Shown here one piece after another: positions 63,563 to 64,000 of a DNA stretch of 64,000 nt. The stretch's first letter is position 1, and each line of letters begins with the position of its first letter. Both the position numbers and the translations under genes were made by a program. The DNA is taken from NCBI RefSeq assembly GCF_000143415.4, contig NW_003314329.1, positions 267,421 through 331,420 on the forward strand, read 5' to 3'. The notes under the pieces were generated by a model. That model was not told the origin of the DNA and did no database searches. It was given only the letters and a program-made list of their open reading frames with translations. The DNA comes from Selaginella moellendorffii (Eukaryota; Plantae; Lycopodiophyta).

Positions 63563-64000
63563 CTCCACCAATGTGAGTGCATGGAATATGAAAAGGGAAT
63601 ACAGAAATGTGCATATCAATTAGCCCAAAAACTTATATATAGGAGCAAGTGGTCCGGATTGAAATCAATCCGACGGCTACCAAAATCCCACTACGCTAAT
63701 ATTAGTATACGGCATCGTAGCCATACACTTGGCCCTCACACATCTTTATATAATAACTATGTATTATATGTAGTATGTAATATATCACATTTTTTCAATA
63801 TGGCTACTAAAAAATTATAAATCTCTAACTCCAACTATATGCTTCATTATTAAGAGTTATAACATAAGTTCATACTTTTAAGCTTTCTATTTCAACACTA
63901 TAAATTAAGATTTTTCTTTAATATTTGATAAATTTTATCAAAAACTTTTTTTATATTATAATTATATTTTGCAAAGAAAGTTAAAGTTATCTTTATGGCT

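Larger units (their letters stand above)
57682..63740 (-). mobile_element. Full-length but degenerate Ty3/Gypsy element (no chromodomain seen)
   Basis: LTRs at 57682-57856 and 63572-63740 (TGTGAG..CTCACA), 4-bp TSD CATC, PPT AGAGGAGGGGATGA; gag (~61400-61980), protease LVDIGS, RT IDYRSLN/FIDDVLI, RNase H DASD/NYSTTEKE/ADALS, integrase HDSP..GGH..DLIGPF. Confidence 0.9.

Overview
Eukaryotic plant genomic DNA with very short introns (about 45-90 nt) and minimal intergenic spacers. This looks like the lycophyte Selaginella, which is an inference from gene architecture, not a database match. The window holds about 20 intact protein-coding genes: FPF1-like, AUG7, GATL, ZIP, S6K, PRA1, full-size ABCG/PDR, NAD-dependent epimerase, FatB, RlmN-like, COG5, RPL9, an intronless FCP1/SCP-Tpt1 chimera, DUF309, PNISR-like, an RCC1-HECT ligase, TAD1, VDE-like and beta-carotene hydroxylase. 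It also has Kelch and COPA pseudogene fragments, two nested LTR-retrotransposon blocks (27.2-35.4 kb and 57.7-63.7 kb) and an AT-rich decayed-repeat zone (47.5-50.7 kb). Top observations: (1) a tandem BCH + tail-less VDE paralog pair, a candidate xanthophyll/retro-carotenoid (rhodoxanthin-type) mini-cluster; (2) an intronless fusion of a catalytically degenerate CTD-phosphatase domain to a degenerate Tpt1 domain; (3) an LTR-derived insert with inverted termini and a perfect TSD inside another element's PBS; (4) a Copia element with a microhomology-bounded internal inversion; (5) head-to-head gene pairs whose start codons are only 39-52 bp apart, with telo-boxes between them. Exon boundaries and family calls were made by eye.
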